A DNA stretch of 38,642 nucleotides from a virus (IMGVR_UViG_3300025087_001385:1-38642); one strand, 5' to 3'; counted from the stretch's first letter, positions 24,809-34,235 are shown. Notes: generated by a model not told the origin, from the sequence alone. Program-made: numbers and translations.

Positions 24809-26410
24809 ATGTCAAAGTTTATAAAAGATATCATTTCTGGACAAGGGGCGAGAGACAAGCTCCTAAGGGGGATCAATATTGGTGCTGATGCTACGGGTTC
24901 TACCCTTGGCCCTAGATCGAGAAATGTCGCCGTTGATAAAGCCCCTGGACAAGATATCCCGCCAACTATACTCCACGATGGAGTAAGTGTTTTGCGGGCC
25001 ATCAACCTCCCCAATGTCCATGAAGACATGGGCGTCCGCCTTCTCAAGGGGGCGGCCATGAAGACTAATGAAATAGCCGGCGATGGCACAACAACTTCAA
25101 CGATCATCGCCCAGGCCTTGGTAAATGAGGCTTTTAAGAATATTGCCGCCGGAGCTAATCCTATGCTCATCAAGTCGGAAATAGAAGAAGCCACCAAGCG
25201 TGTGGTTAAAGAACTTAAAAAGATGGCCAAACCCATCAAAACCGACCAAGAGATCGAGTCCGTGGCCTCCATTTCCGCCGCTGACCCAATCATCGGCAAG
25301 TTGGTGGCAGAAGCCCTTAAAAAGGTTGGTAAGGATGGGGTGATAAGCGTGGAGGATGGCAAGAGTTATGAAACCACAGTCACTTATAAGCAAGGAATGG
25401 AAATTGACAGGGGATACGCCACAACTTCACCTTATTTCCAGACTGATGGAGAAACCAACGAAGCTGTCATAGAAGACCCATACATTCTTTTGACGGACCG
25501 GAGATTGAATTACGCTCATCAACTAGTCCCCTTTTTGGACAAATTCTTAAAAGAAACCAAAAGTAAAAACATTGTTATCTTCGCGGGGGAAATAGTCGAG
25601 GAAGCTCTCCAGTTTCTTGTGGTGAATAAGTTACGGGGAAATCTACATGTTGTGGCCGTTCAGGCCCCCGCATTTGGAGACAGGCGGATAGACGAATTGG
25701 AGGATATTGCTATTTTAACGGGTGGAGTCTCTGTCTTGGAAGACGCCGGCAGGCAGATTGAGTCAGTGGATATAACTGAATTGGGAAGAGCTGACAAGGT
25801 AGTGGTGGATAGGGATAAGGCGGTAATTTTGGGCGGAAGGGGAGACAAAAAAGCCATTCAGAAGCGGATTGAAGATTTGAGAGAGCAGATTAAGAACGCC
25901 AATAGCCCATACGATGCAGATATTAAAGAGGAGAGATTGGCCAAGCTCTCGGGAGGCGTGGCAGTAATAAATGTCGGGGGGGCGACGGAAGTCGAGATTA
26001 GAGAAAAGCGGGAAAGAGTCATAGATGCTAAAAACGCCACTAAGGCGGCGGTGGAAGAAGGAATCGTCGCTGGCGGCGAGATTGCCCTGTTGGAAGCCTC
26101 TAAAACGGTCGAAACACCCCCCAAAGGTACTCTAGGTGCTCTCATACTCAAAACGGCCCTCCAGGCCCCGTTTAAGCGGTTGATAGAGAACTCTGGACTC
26201 GATTATGCGGAGGTGAGGGAGAAAATGGCGGGACATGGATATCCGGAAGGAGTAGATGTAACTTCCGGAAAGGTGGTAAACCTGATTGACTCTGGGATTA
26301 TAGATCCAATTAAAGTGGTCAGAAGTGCGCTGGAGAATGCCGTCAGTATTGCTTGTGCGATTCTGACGACAGAAACTCTAGTTACCGATTTGGACCCCGA
26401 CAAAAAATGA
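24809..26410 (+). CDS. groEL: chaperonin GroEL
   Basis: TLGP, DGVSV, AGDGTTT, APAFGDRR, ERLAKLSGGVAVI and ATKAAVEEGIVAGG motifs; no GGM tail. Confidence 0.97.
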   Translation: MSKFIKDIISGQGARDKLLRGINIGADATGSTLGPRSRNVAVDKAPGQDIPPTILHDGVSVLRAINLPNVHEDMGVRLLKGAAMKTNEIAGDGTTTSTIIAQALVNEAFKNIAAGANPMLIKSEIEEATKRVVKELKKMAKPIKTDQEIESVASISAADPIIGKLVAEALKKVGKDGVISVEDGKSYETTVTYKQGMEIDRGYATTSPYFQTDGETNEAVIEDPYILLTDRRLNYAHQLVPFLDKFLKETKSKNIVIFAGEIVEEALQFLVVNKLRGNLHVVAVQAPAFGDRRIDELEDIAILTGGVSVLEDAGRQIESVDITELGRADKVVVDRDKAVILGGRGDKKAIQKRIEDLREQIKNANSPYDADIKEERLAKLSGGVAVINVGGATEVEIREKRERVIDAKNATKAAVEEGIVAGGEIALLEASKTVETPPKGTLGALILKTALQAPFKRLIENSGLDYAEVREKMAGHGYPEGVDVTSGKVVNLIDSGIIDPIKVVRSALENAVSIACAILTTETLVTDLDPDKK

Positions 26411-27153
26411 AGCGTTGCTATTTTACCATCGCAGACCGAGTGAACATGCAATATTATGACAGCCTTAAAAACTCTCTCGCCAAGTTCACCAAAGACCCTT
26501 TAATTCTCATAGACGAAGCCAAGATTAACCAGTTGGGAGATCCCAACTTCTTCTATAGAGCTACTCCCATCATAGCAAGTGGACTTCTGCGGGATTACGA
26601 CGCGGTGTGTAAGCTGGATGTGGACCAGATTATTTTGGGAAACCTAGACCATATTTGGGAGGGAGATTTTGATGTCGCCGTAGTTAGAAACAGTAATCCT
26701 CGGGAGGACGAGGTTTATCCAGTCAGACTTTTAGATATTTCCCCGACAATGTATGCCAACTGCGGTTTTGTTGTTATGAAGTCCAAGCCGTTTGTTGAGC
26801 ATTGGTTAAAATTATGCATGTCGGCCCACTTCAATAACTATCAATACCGCGAACAAGACCTCCTAAACATTATGATTTTCTATATGGGTGAAGATTTCGG
26901 TGGGCCATATAAGACAAAGCACTTGGATAGCAGTAATAAGTTTCATGGGCTTGCTCTTAAGGGTTTCGAGCCCAACGTAATTTTAAGAGATGGGAAATTG
27001 ATTCTGCCCAAAAACGAGGAGTATCCCCAAGATGAAGACAAGGAGATAGTTTGCTGGCATGTCGCGGGGGGAAATATTGCTAACAAAATGAACTACAAAA
27101 TTAGGTTTTCGGAGGAAGTATCTAAATATATATCCGAGCTTGTAAAACCATGA
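26407..27153 (+). CDS. GT-A glycosyltransferase (GT8-like)
   Basis: KLDVDQII (DxD), YANCGFVV, EQDLLN and WHVAG motifs; ATGA overlap with groEL. Confidence 0.75.
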   Translation: MKRCYFTIADRVNMQYYDSLKNSLAKFTKDPLILIDEAKINQLGDPNFFYRATPIIASGLLRDYDAVCKLDVDQIILGNLDHIWEGDFDVAVVRNSNPREDEVYPVRLLDISPTMYANCGFVVMKSKPFVEHWLKLCMSAHFNNYQYREQDLLNIMIFYMGEDFGGPYKTKHLDSSNKFHGLALKGFEPNVILRDGKLILPKNEEYPQDEDKEIVCWHVAGGNIANKMNYKIRFSEEVSKYISELVKP

Positions 27154-28418
27154 AAGATGCCAAAAGAATATCAGATATTGAAAAAAATGAAATGACAAAG
27201 AGAAGAGATTTAAAAATTCTCTGGTCATCAAACGCGCCCCATGCAAACAGTGGTTATTCAATCGAAATGCGGGATCTGTTGTTCAGATTAATAGCTGATG
27301 GTTGGCCTGTTGCCATGTCGGCCTTCTACGGGGTTCAAGGCGGCCCAGCGGAGATAGAATACCCGTCTCATCTTAATCCCAAGTTTAAGGGATTAAAAAT
27401 GAAGCATTACCCCATAATGACAGAACCGTGGGGATCTGATGCTATGTATTTCCATGGTAGGGATTTTAAAGCCAATGTCGTATTTTCGATGCAAGATGTG
27501 TGGGTCTTAGAACCAAGTTATTTATCCAAAATTCCAGCATTTATCCCCTGGTTTCCAGTCGATAAGGAACCCATCCCCCCCAACGTCTTAGACAAACTCC
27601 GCTATGCTTACAAAATCATGTGTTTTTCTAAGTTTGGTTATGACCAACTTCTTAAACATGGGTTTAGTTCAACCTTCATTACCGAGGGGACCGATGTAGA
27701 TATATTCAAGCCTGGAGACAGAATGGAAGCCAGGAAAAAACTTGGCCTACCGCCAGACAACTTCTACTTTTCGATGGTCGGAGCCAACAAAGAGAACCCA
27801 CCGCGTAAGGGATATCAGGAAGCACTAGAGGCATTTAAGATGTTCCACGATAAACACCCGGAGGCGGCCTTATTATTTCATACCCAACAACGTGGCCAGG
27901 GGGGTTTCCCCATAAAAGAATATGCCAACCATCTCGGAATACTTAATAGAACCTTCTTTGTGGATGATTATCTTTCGATGTTTAATTCAACCTCGGACGT
28001 TATTGCTACTGAATATCAGGCTTGTAACGCCCAACTTCATCCCTCACAAACGGAGGGATTCGGTCTGGGGATTATAGAAGCACAGGCATGTGGGATTCCA
28101 ACCGTGGTGCAAAGATGCCAGTCTATGCCGGAATTGGTGATTGATGGCAAAACGGGCTGGATCGCAGAGACTATGCACAAACGCTTTACTTCTGATTTAA
28201 GTTTTGTTCATGTCGCAGACCCCAAGTCTGTTTACGATTGCATGGAAAAAGCATACGAGGCGGTTAAAAACGACGAGGCCGGGGTGGCCAAAGCGTGTCG
28301 GGATTGGGTTGTGGAAAATTTCAATATCGACAAGCTCGTAGAAACTAAGTGGATAAGTTTTTTGGAGGCTCTCCAGGACGAACTGTTGCCATTGACCCCT
28401 TCCCCAGCTAGTGTATAA
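27150..28418 (+). CDS. GT-B glycosyltransferase (GT4)
   Basis: SGYS, GTDVDIFKP, RKG and PSQTEGFGLGIIEAQACGIP (EX7E) motifs. Confidence 0.9.
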   Translation: MKDAKRISDIEKNEMTKRRDLKILWSSNAPHANSGYSIEMRDLLFRLIADGWPVAMSAFYGVQGGPAEIEYPSHLNPKFKGLKMKHYPIMTEPWGSDAMYFHGRDFKANVVFSMQDVWVLEPSYLSKIPAFIPWFPVDKEPIPPNVLDKLRYAYKIMCFSKFGYDQLLKHGFSSTFITEGTDVDIFKPGDRMEARKKLGLPPDNFYFSMVGANKENPPRKGYQEALEAFKMFHDKHPEAALLFHTQQRGQGGFPIKEYANHLGILNRTFFVDDYLSMFNSTSDVIATEYQACNAQLHPSQTEGFGLGIIEAQACGIPTVVQRCQSMPELVIDGKTGWIAETMHKRFTSDLSFVHVADPKSVYDCMEKAYEAVKNDEAGVAKACRDWVVENFNIDKLVETKWISFLEALQDELLPLTPSPASV

Positions 28419-28463
28419 TGAGTTTATTATTCGAATTGAGAGGCGAAAAGACCTCTCCTTTTT
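28392..28463 (+). promoter_or_regulatory. TATAAT-ATTGAGA-hairpin-U-tract element, copy 3 (before the tail module)
   Basis: TTGACC 28392-28397, 16 nt, TATAAT 28414-28419; ATTGAGA 28435-28441; stem GAGAGG/CCTCTC; CTTTTT. Confidence 0.8.
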
Positions 28464-28472
28464 ATTGGGAAA

Positions 28473-28949
28473 ATGATTTTAGACGACAGTGGAAAAGCGC
28501 ATATAGCTTTAGATTCGTTCAATGTGGCGATTTGTAAACCTGGCCCGTTTTTGGGTGGAACTGCAGGTGAGAGGGGAAATGATGGTGGGGCAAAAGACCC
28601 CCTGACGATTTTTAATGTCACGGGCGAGGTTTTACTAAAGATTTTCGGCGTTTGTACAACCCTACTGGGGGGGGCCACCGCAACAATTGAAGTCGGGGTT
28701 ACTGGCAATACCGCCGCCCTCATTGCTCTAACGACAGCAACCGAGATAGATGCTAATGAAATATGGAATGATACTACCCCGGGAGTTGGGACTGATACCT
28801 ACGCCAACATTACCGGCCCCCATATTATTGTGAATGGAAGCGACATTATTGAGACGATTGCAACTCAAAGTATAACTTCTGGAAACCTGTACTACGTTTG
28901 TCTTTGGAGGCCGTTAAGTCCAGATGGCAACGTGGTTCCCGCCATCTAA
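28473..28949 (+). CDS. putative capsid decoration or spike-base protein, paralogue 1 of 2
   Basis: Beta-rich; aligns end to end with the next gene (VTG.V....FGVCT, ATI.VGVTGNTAA.IA, YYVCLWRPLSPDG). Confidence 0.7.
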   Translation: MILDDSGKAHIALDSFNVAICKPGPFLGGTAGERGNDGGAKDPLTIFNVTGEVLLKIFGVCTTLLGGATATIEVGVTGNTAALIALTTATEIDANEIWNDTTPGVGTDTYANITGPHIIVNGSDIIETIATQSITSGNLYYVCLWRPLSPDGNVVPAI

Positions 28950-28950
28950 T

Positions 28951-29433
28951 ATGTTAATAGAAGAAAGTTCTCGACCCTTTCTTACCCTCGACAGCTTTAA
29001 TGTTGCCATTGCTCGTCCTGCGGCCTTTGCCGGAGCTACAACAAACGCCAGGGGAGATGACGGAGGATCCAATGACCCGTTCACTCTTTTTAGCGTCACC
29101 GGAGATGTAATTGCGAGAGTGTTTGGAGTTTGCACCGTTGACCTAGCTGAGGGTGGCGCTACGGCAACAATACAAGTCGGAGTTACGGGGAACACTGCGG
29201 CTTTTATTGCGGACACAACTGCTACTGCAATCGACGCCAATGAAATTTGGGTGGATGCCTCTCCAGCTCTTAGAACAGAGGTTCTTGCCAATCTAACCGG
29301 CCCCCACGTTATTGTGAACGGAACTGATATTGTAGAAGCTGTTACTACCCAAAACGTAATTTCTGGAAATATTTATTATGTTTGTCTATGGAGGCCGCTC
29401 TCACCCGATGGATTAGTGGTGTCGGCAATATGA
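28951..29433 (+). CDS. putative capsid decoration or spike-base protein, paralogue 2 of 2
   Basis: Tandem duplicate of 28473-28949; ATG 28951. Confidence 0.7.
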   Translation: MLIEESSRPFLTLDSFNVAIARPAAFAGATTNARGDDGGSNDPFTLFSVTGDVIARVFGVCTVDLAEGGATATIQVGVTGNTAAFIADTTATAIDANEIWVDASPALRTEVLANLTGPHVIVNGTDIVEAVTTQNVISGNIYYVCLWRPLSPDGLVVSAI

Positions 29434-29434
29434 T

Positions 29435-30061
29435 ATGGCAAGCAAAGCCGAACTTAAGTATTGGAATCGGACTCCAAAAGTTACCAAAGATTGTTTAGTG
29501 TGTAGATCAAGGTTCTCCCGCCCCCCATCCCTGGCTGGAGACTTCTGCTCCCATGGGTGTTACTCAAAAAACAGGGTTGGAAAAGAGGTCACGATCAAAA
29601 CAACTACGACATGCATCGTTTGTAATAATGTATTTAAGACTTGGCCATGTAGGCTGAGAATCGGTTGGGACAAGTTTTGTTCTAAAAAGTGCCAAAATGA
29701 AGGCCAACTTGGTAGGTCTCCGTGGAATAAGGGGAAAAAGTCTGAAGTTTCAGGGGAACGTCATTACAACTGGCAGGGGGGAAAAACATCAAAACAACTT
29801 GTAATTTTGCACTCTTTTGAATATCGTAAGTGGAGAAAAGAAGTTATGGAAAGAGACGATTACACTTGCCAAATGTGTGGAGACAAAAGGGGGGGCAACC
29901 TCCAAGTCGACCATGTTATTCCTCAAAGTTTATTTCCAGAACTCAGATTTGATTTCGGTAATGCCAGGACCCTGTGTAAAAATTGCCATAAAAGAACAGA
30001 GACCTTCCTTAATCCAAGAATGAGAAGGGAGGACTTCGGTGGCAACTATATATCCTGGTAG
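29435..30061 (+). CDS. HNH homing endonuclease with two treble-clef Zn fingers and PWNKG motif
   Basis: Two CxxC...FCS..C units, PWNKG...NWQGG, and RDDYTCQMCG...QVDHVIP...NARTLCKNCH. Confidence 0.88.
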   Translation: MASKAELKYWNRTPKVTKDCLVCRSRFSRPPSLAGDFCSHGCYSKNRVGKEVTIKTTTTCIVCNNVFKTWPCRLRIGWDKFCSKKCQNEGQLGRSPWNKGKKSEVSGERHYNWQGGKTSKQLVILHSFEYRKWRKEVMERDDYTCQMCGDKRGGNLQVDHVIPQSLFPELRFDFGNARTLCKNCHKRTETFLNPRMRREDFGGNYISW

Positions 30062-30956
30062 TAAACAAACATTTACTGACCCATCAGGAGCTGACACTCT
30101 AAGTTCCCCGGATCATGCGAATTTACATACAACAAAAAACGACACAATTGAAGCCATTGAAGATACTCTTGGAACAAATTCGGGAACCTCCATTCTTCAA
30201 CACTTTACGGCTGGACAGTTTCCAGTTAGGGCCACTGGGGTAGCTGCAACGGGAACCCTTCAACAGACAATTGTGGGGGGGACTTATCAAAATACATTTA
30301 TAGGAACATCTCAAATCACGGGGGGGACAATTACCGGAGCTTCGTTCACTGTTACTGCGGTGAATAATGGAACCTTAGGAACCCCCACGTTAGTTTTTGG
30401 ATCGGATGCAACTGGCGATGTCTGGTTTAGAAGTGCGGGTGGAACAGCCAATCGTTTGGCGATTGGAAATGCCAATGACGTTTTAAAGGTCTCCTCGGGA
30501 CTGCCCGCCTGGAGCGCAGAAACATCAAGTAACACAGACCAATTCAGGGCCTCAATGGGAACGGCGCAAGTTGTGAGCCACAACACCGACACCAACTTGT
30601 CTTACGACACCGAACAATACGACGACGGGGCCGATTTTGCCACCGGAACTTACACCATCCCGACCACGGGTTTATATTACGTGGGGGGGGTGGCTCGCAT
30701 ATCGGCTTCTACGGCTTCGGGTCGAGTATATATAGCATTAAATTATGCTGCCGGGACCGGGGCGGCGACCCCCAGTGCTCCCTACGAAGAAATATTCATA
30801 AATACGGGAAACACCCCGTCGATGTCAGTCTTCGATGTAAATAAATTATCTGCGGGAAACTTAGTTTATGTTGGAATGAAACAATTTACTGGTGCAAACA
30901 TTACTCTCGAAAACGCTGCGGGCGCCACTTACTTTTTTGCCAAAAGAATAGGCTAA
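30039..30956 (+). CDS. tail fibre or spike with C-terminal C1q-like domain
   Basis: HANLH...IEAIEDTLG fibre-type N-terminus; GDVWFR...NRLAIG...VLKVSSGLPAW; FRAS...YDTEQYD...TGTYTIPTTGLYYV is C1q-like. Confidence 0.7.
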   Translation: MATIYPGSKQTFTDPSGADTLSSPDHANLHTTKNDTIEAIEDTLGTNSGTSILQHFTAGQFPVRATGVAATGTLQQTIVGGTYQNTFIGTSQITGGTITGASFTVTAVNNGTLGTPTLVFGSDATGDVWFRSAGGTANRLAIGNANDVLKVSSGLPAWSAETSSNTDQFRASMGTAQVVSHNTDTNLSYDTEQYDDGADFATGTYTIPTTGLYYVGGVARISASTASGRVYIALNYAAGTGAATPSAPYEEIFINTGNTPSMSVFDVNKLSAGNLVYVGMKQFTGANITLENAAGATYFFAKRIG

Positions 30957-30957
30957 T

Positions 30958-31179
30958 ATGTCCAAACCAGGATTAGACGTCGGAAAGACCAGCGCAACCA
31001 GGCAACCATCAATCATTGCCTATTCGAGTAGTTCAGATACCTACTCAAGTTCAACCGTGAAATATGGCGGGTATGCGGGAGCGCCGGACATGGGGCCAAC
31101 CCTAGATTCGATAGTCCCTAAAATACAAATAGACGGCAATTCGGATATTAAACCAGCAATAGAAAAAGTATATATATGA
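30958..31179 (+). CDS. small hypothetical virion protein
   Basis: Packed between tail genes; YSSSSDTYSSSTVKY motif. Confidence 0.6.
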   Translation: MSKPGLDVGKTSATRQPSIIAYSSSSDTYSSSTVKYGGYAGAPDMGPTLDSIVPKIQIDGNSDIKPAIEKVYI

Positions 31180-32318
31180 GCCTAGTTAGATCACGAAACC
31201 TTTTACACATAAATGCCCCGAAAACATTTACTACCTTTGATGAGGTATCAGGTACTAACGTTTTAAGATGGAAAAACCCCAACGGGTTCTCTGCTTCTTG
31301 GGCAGTACAGGTCGGGGAGGTGGGTGGCGAACAAACCGAAGTCATGTTATTGGGCGTATCCGCCCCCTCCGGCACAGCAGGAACATTGACTGCCAATACT
31401 CTATATGAGCATCCAGCAAATACACCCGTTTATGGGATTAAGTACAACCAGGTTGTTTTTGAAAAGTCGGCGTCCGGAACCACGGGGACGGGAACGGCCA
31501 TAACGGACGGGACTGTAACCTATCAGGCTGATCATGAACACTCAATTTTTGACGATACTGGGGCCGCATCCACCGATGCTTACCGCGCTTTTTACAGAAA
31601 TTCTGTCACGGGTGGAACTACTTCAGAGTCGGATTGGCAAACTCCTGCAGGGTTCTCTTTTTATTCCCTCGCCTCTATGCGCCAAAGAATAAAAGATAAG
31701 TTGTGGGATTCTGATTACATAAAAGAAGATGTTATCCTAGATAATTGGATCAATGAGTGGAAAGATGAGATGGTCACGGCGGCCATTTCTACTAATGAAG
31801 ACTACTCGATGGGGACGGTAGACATTAGCTTTGGAACTGCTGGGCTGGGAACTGTAACCACGGCCGACTTTGACCAGATTAGAAGGTTTGAGGTTACGTA
31901 TAACGGAAGTGACTTTTATCTCTCTACCAGAAAAACCGCCAATGACTTTCTCCCTAACCAAAACTTTTCAAGTACACATCCATATCACAACTGGCTGGGG
32001 GATACTGTTTTCCAGGTCAGGCCCCCAGAAAGTGGGGGGTCTGCCCGAATTGGTTTCTACCGGTTCGGAACAATTATGGTAAACGACACCGACGTTCTTC
32101 CCCTCCCCTTGCGTCCATATACCAAGAGCTTCGTTGACTATGGACTAGCTCAGGCGTTTTTGAAGGACAATAGGAGCAATGAGTATGAAAAGTTGATGAT
32201 TGTTTCCAATGCCGCCAAGGGGGTATTTCTAAACCAAATTACAAATAGGGACAAATCCGGCCCACAGACCATAGATTTAGTTGAGGCGATTTCGGCAGAA
32301 GACGACTTTTGGCCCTAA
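31176..32318 (+). CDS. head-tail adaptor / tail tubular protein A-like, with extra N-terminal domain
   Basis: C-terminal half SLASMRQRIKDKL...LDNWINE...VRPP...FVDYGLAQAFLKD fits podovirus adaptors; position before the nozzle gene. Confidence 0.6.
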   Translation: MSLVRSRNLLHINAPKTFTTFDEVSGTNVLRWKNPNGFSASWAVQVGEVGGEQTEVMLLGVSAPSGTAGTLTANTLYEHPANTPVYGIKYNQVVFEKSASGTTGTGTAITDGTVTYQADHEHSIFDDTGAASTDAYRAFYRNSVTGGTTSESDWQTPAGFSFYSLASMRQRIKDKLWDSDYIKEDVILDNWINEWKDEMVTAAISTNEDYSMGTVDISFGTAGLGTVTTADFDQIRRFEVTYNGSDFYLSTRKTANDFLPNQNFSSTHPYHNWLGDTVFQVRPPESGGSARIGFYRFGTIMVNDTDVLPLPLRPYTKSFVDYGLAQAFLKDNRSNEYEKLMIVSNAAKGVFLNQITNRDKSGPQTIDLVEAISAEDDFWP

Positions 32319-32321
32319 ACT

Positions 32322-33722
32322 ATGGCCAGATTACGAGTATACCAGTTCCGGGGTCTAGGGCTTAAAACCTCGCCCCTTTTAGAATCCGAAGGAAATCTTT
32401 TGAGATGTGTCAACATGGACCCCGAACCCATCGGGGGGCTGAGAAAAAGGCCGGGATATGTATCCTACTTAGGTTCTCAGGTGTCCCAAATAGACTCGTT
32501 GTTTGAATGGCACCAAAACGACGGGTCAACTTTCTGGACTTACGCAGCTGCCGGGGGGTCTATCTTATATTCCACCCAGGGGACTGGGGCGTGGACAATC
32601 TGCGGGAATGGAACGATGACCTCCGGAACTCATATTGGGACGGCTTATTTAGAAAACACAATGATTATCGGAGACGGTGTGGTTGCAACTAGACATACCA
32701 CAAATGGGACTTCCCTTACAAACACCCCCTCTGCCCCCATAGCGCCTTATTTTACCGATTATCAAAACAGAATTTATGCTGGGGGGACAGCTAGCTCTCT
32801 TTTTTATTCAAATGTCGGCACTCCATCCGACTGGACTAACGACTCCTCTTCTATCACGATTCCGGGTCCGGGGAAGATAAGCGCCGTTTATAAGTCTCAA
32901 GACCGACTTGTTGCATCTAAAAATTCAGGAGTAATGCACCGCTGGGATGGGTATAACCTTTTTGACATGAGTACCGAATTGGGACCATCCTCCTATTCCT
33001 CCCTGGGTGCCGTAGAAGGTTTTAAGTTTGGATTAAACAGATTGGGATTTTTTGCTTACACCGCTGGCGTCCCACAACTACTTTCAAACCAAGTCGAACG
33101 ACAAATTTACAATGATCGGGGCAGTGGGATTATCGGAACCACCTTCGATAATGCCCCCGGCGTGTTACACAAGTATAATTACTACTGCACAGTTGGAACG
33201 ATTACTGATGATTTAACAAACGAAACGGTCGAGGCGGGAATAATGGTTTACAACTTCCAGCAAGACTACTGGAGGAACTACAAGTTTGCCCATCGTCCTA
33301 CGGCGTGGCTATCTTATAAAGACGTTTCGGGTTCCCAACAGCTCATCTTCGGGGACGGTAACGGGCAGTGTTATACCTTGGGGGGTACGGCGCTCTCTGA
33401 CAACGGGGCTGCCATAGCTTGCTCGGCTGAGGGAGTATTAAATTTCGGAGACCCGGAGTCGGAAAAGGATTTCAATACAATCTGGGCCTTTTTCTCGCCC
33501 GGAAGCGGAGCCAAATTCCAAGTCGCCCCCACCGACTCCTTCTCTAAATGGAGCAAGAAGTGGATTGATTTGGGCGACACTTCTACGGGAATTGTGGAGT
33601 TTAACTTCCCCTCTGGATCTCGGGGGCGACTCTTGTCCTGGCGGGTCTCTGAATCGTCGAGGGAATCCCGATTTACTTTCTATGGATTTTCTGTAGATTA
33701 CGACACCATACCTAAAAAATGA
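32322..33722 (+). CDS. tail nozzle / tubular protein B (P22 gp10-like)
   Basis: FRGL...CVNMD...LRKRPG N-terminus; beta-propeller-like repeats (YQNRIY, LFYS...W); FGDPESEK. Confidence 0.7.
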   Translation: MARLRVYQFRGLGLKTSPLLESEGNLLRCVNMDPEPIGGLRKRPGYVSYLGSQVSQIDSLFEWHQNDGSTFWTYAAAGGSILYSTQGTGAWTICGNGTMTSGTHIGTAYLENTMIIGDGVVATRHTTNGTSLTNTPSAPIAPYFTDYQNRIYAGGTASSLFYSNVGTPSDWTNDSSSITIPGPGKISAVYKSQDRLVASKNSGVMHRWDGYNLFDMSTELGPSSYSSLGAVEGFKFGLNRLGFFAYTAGVPQLLSNQVERQIYNDRGSGIIGTTFDNAPGVLHKYNYYCTVGTITDDLTNETVEAGIMVYNFQQDYWRNYKFAHRPTAWLSYKDVSGSQQLIFGDGNGQCYTLGGTALSDNGAAIACSAEGVLNFGDPESEKDFNTIWAFFSPGSGAKFQVAPTDSFSKWSKKWIDLGDTSTGIVEFNFPSGSRGRLLSWRVSESSRESRFTFYGFSVDYDTIPKK

Positions 33723-34228
33723 GAGACTATTCAGTGATCGGGTTTGATAAAAACCTAAGAAAGGGACTTGCCTCCTCGTCCTATCAATTCACCAGCGCAT
33801 TTGACGATGATATAAACATCGAAAAGACTCCATATCTCAACCCCACCGCTCTTTCAAAGGGAACGGTGTTGATTAATCTTGGTGGCGTTCTAACGTTGCG
33901 CGACACTACCGGGGGAACGGTACTTTTAACGGTTAATCCAGACAATGGAACTGTCACAATAAATGGTGGCATACGGGCAGGGGTGACGGTCAATATTGGT
34001 ACCCTTAATGACCCCACGATCAACGGTGTCACGGCCCAGGATGGTACCCTTGTCAACAATAATCTTATAAGCAATGCTGGGACTTTGAGATTTACTATAA
34101 ATGCCGGTTCTCCCGCACTGAGCACCAATGGTGATTTCGCCATAGAAACGCATACTGGGTCGGCCGTTTTGGTGGCAAGACACGGGGGAACCACCTTTTA
34201 CTTTACCAGTGCAGGAACCCTGGCATGA
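33719..34228 (+). CDS. G/T-rich tail protein
   Basis: Follows the nozzle gene with an ATGA overlap; beta-rich. Confidence 0.6.
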   Translation: MRDYSVIGFDKNLRKGLASSSYQFTSAFDDDINIEKTPYLNPTALSKGTVLINLGGVLTLRDTTGGTVLLTVNPDNGTVTINGGIRAGVTVNIGTLNDPTINGVTAQDGTLVNNNLISNAGTLRFTINAGSPALSTNGDFAIETHTGSAVLVARHGGTTFYFTSAGTLA

Positions 34229-34235
34229 AATTAAG

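Noticed and set aside
24619-25362. 247-aa minus-strand ORF
   Set aside because: Antisense shadow of groES/groEL.
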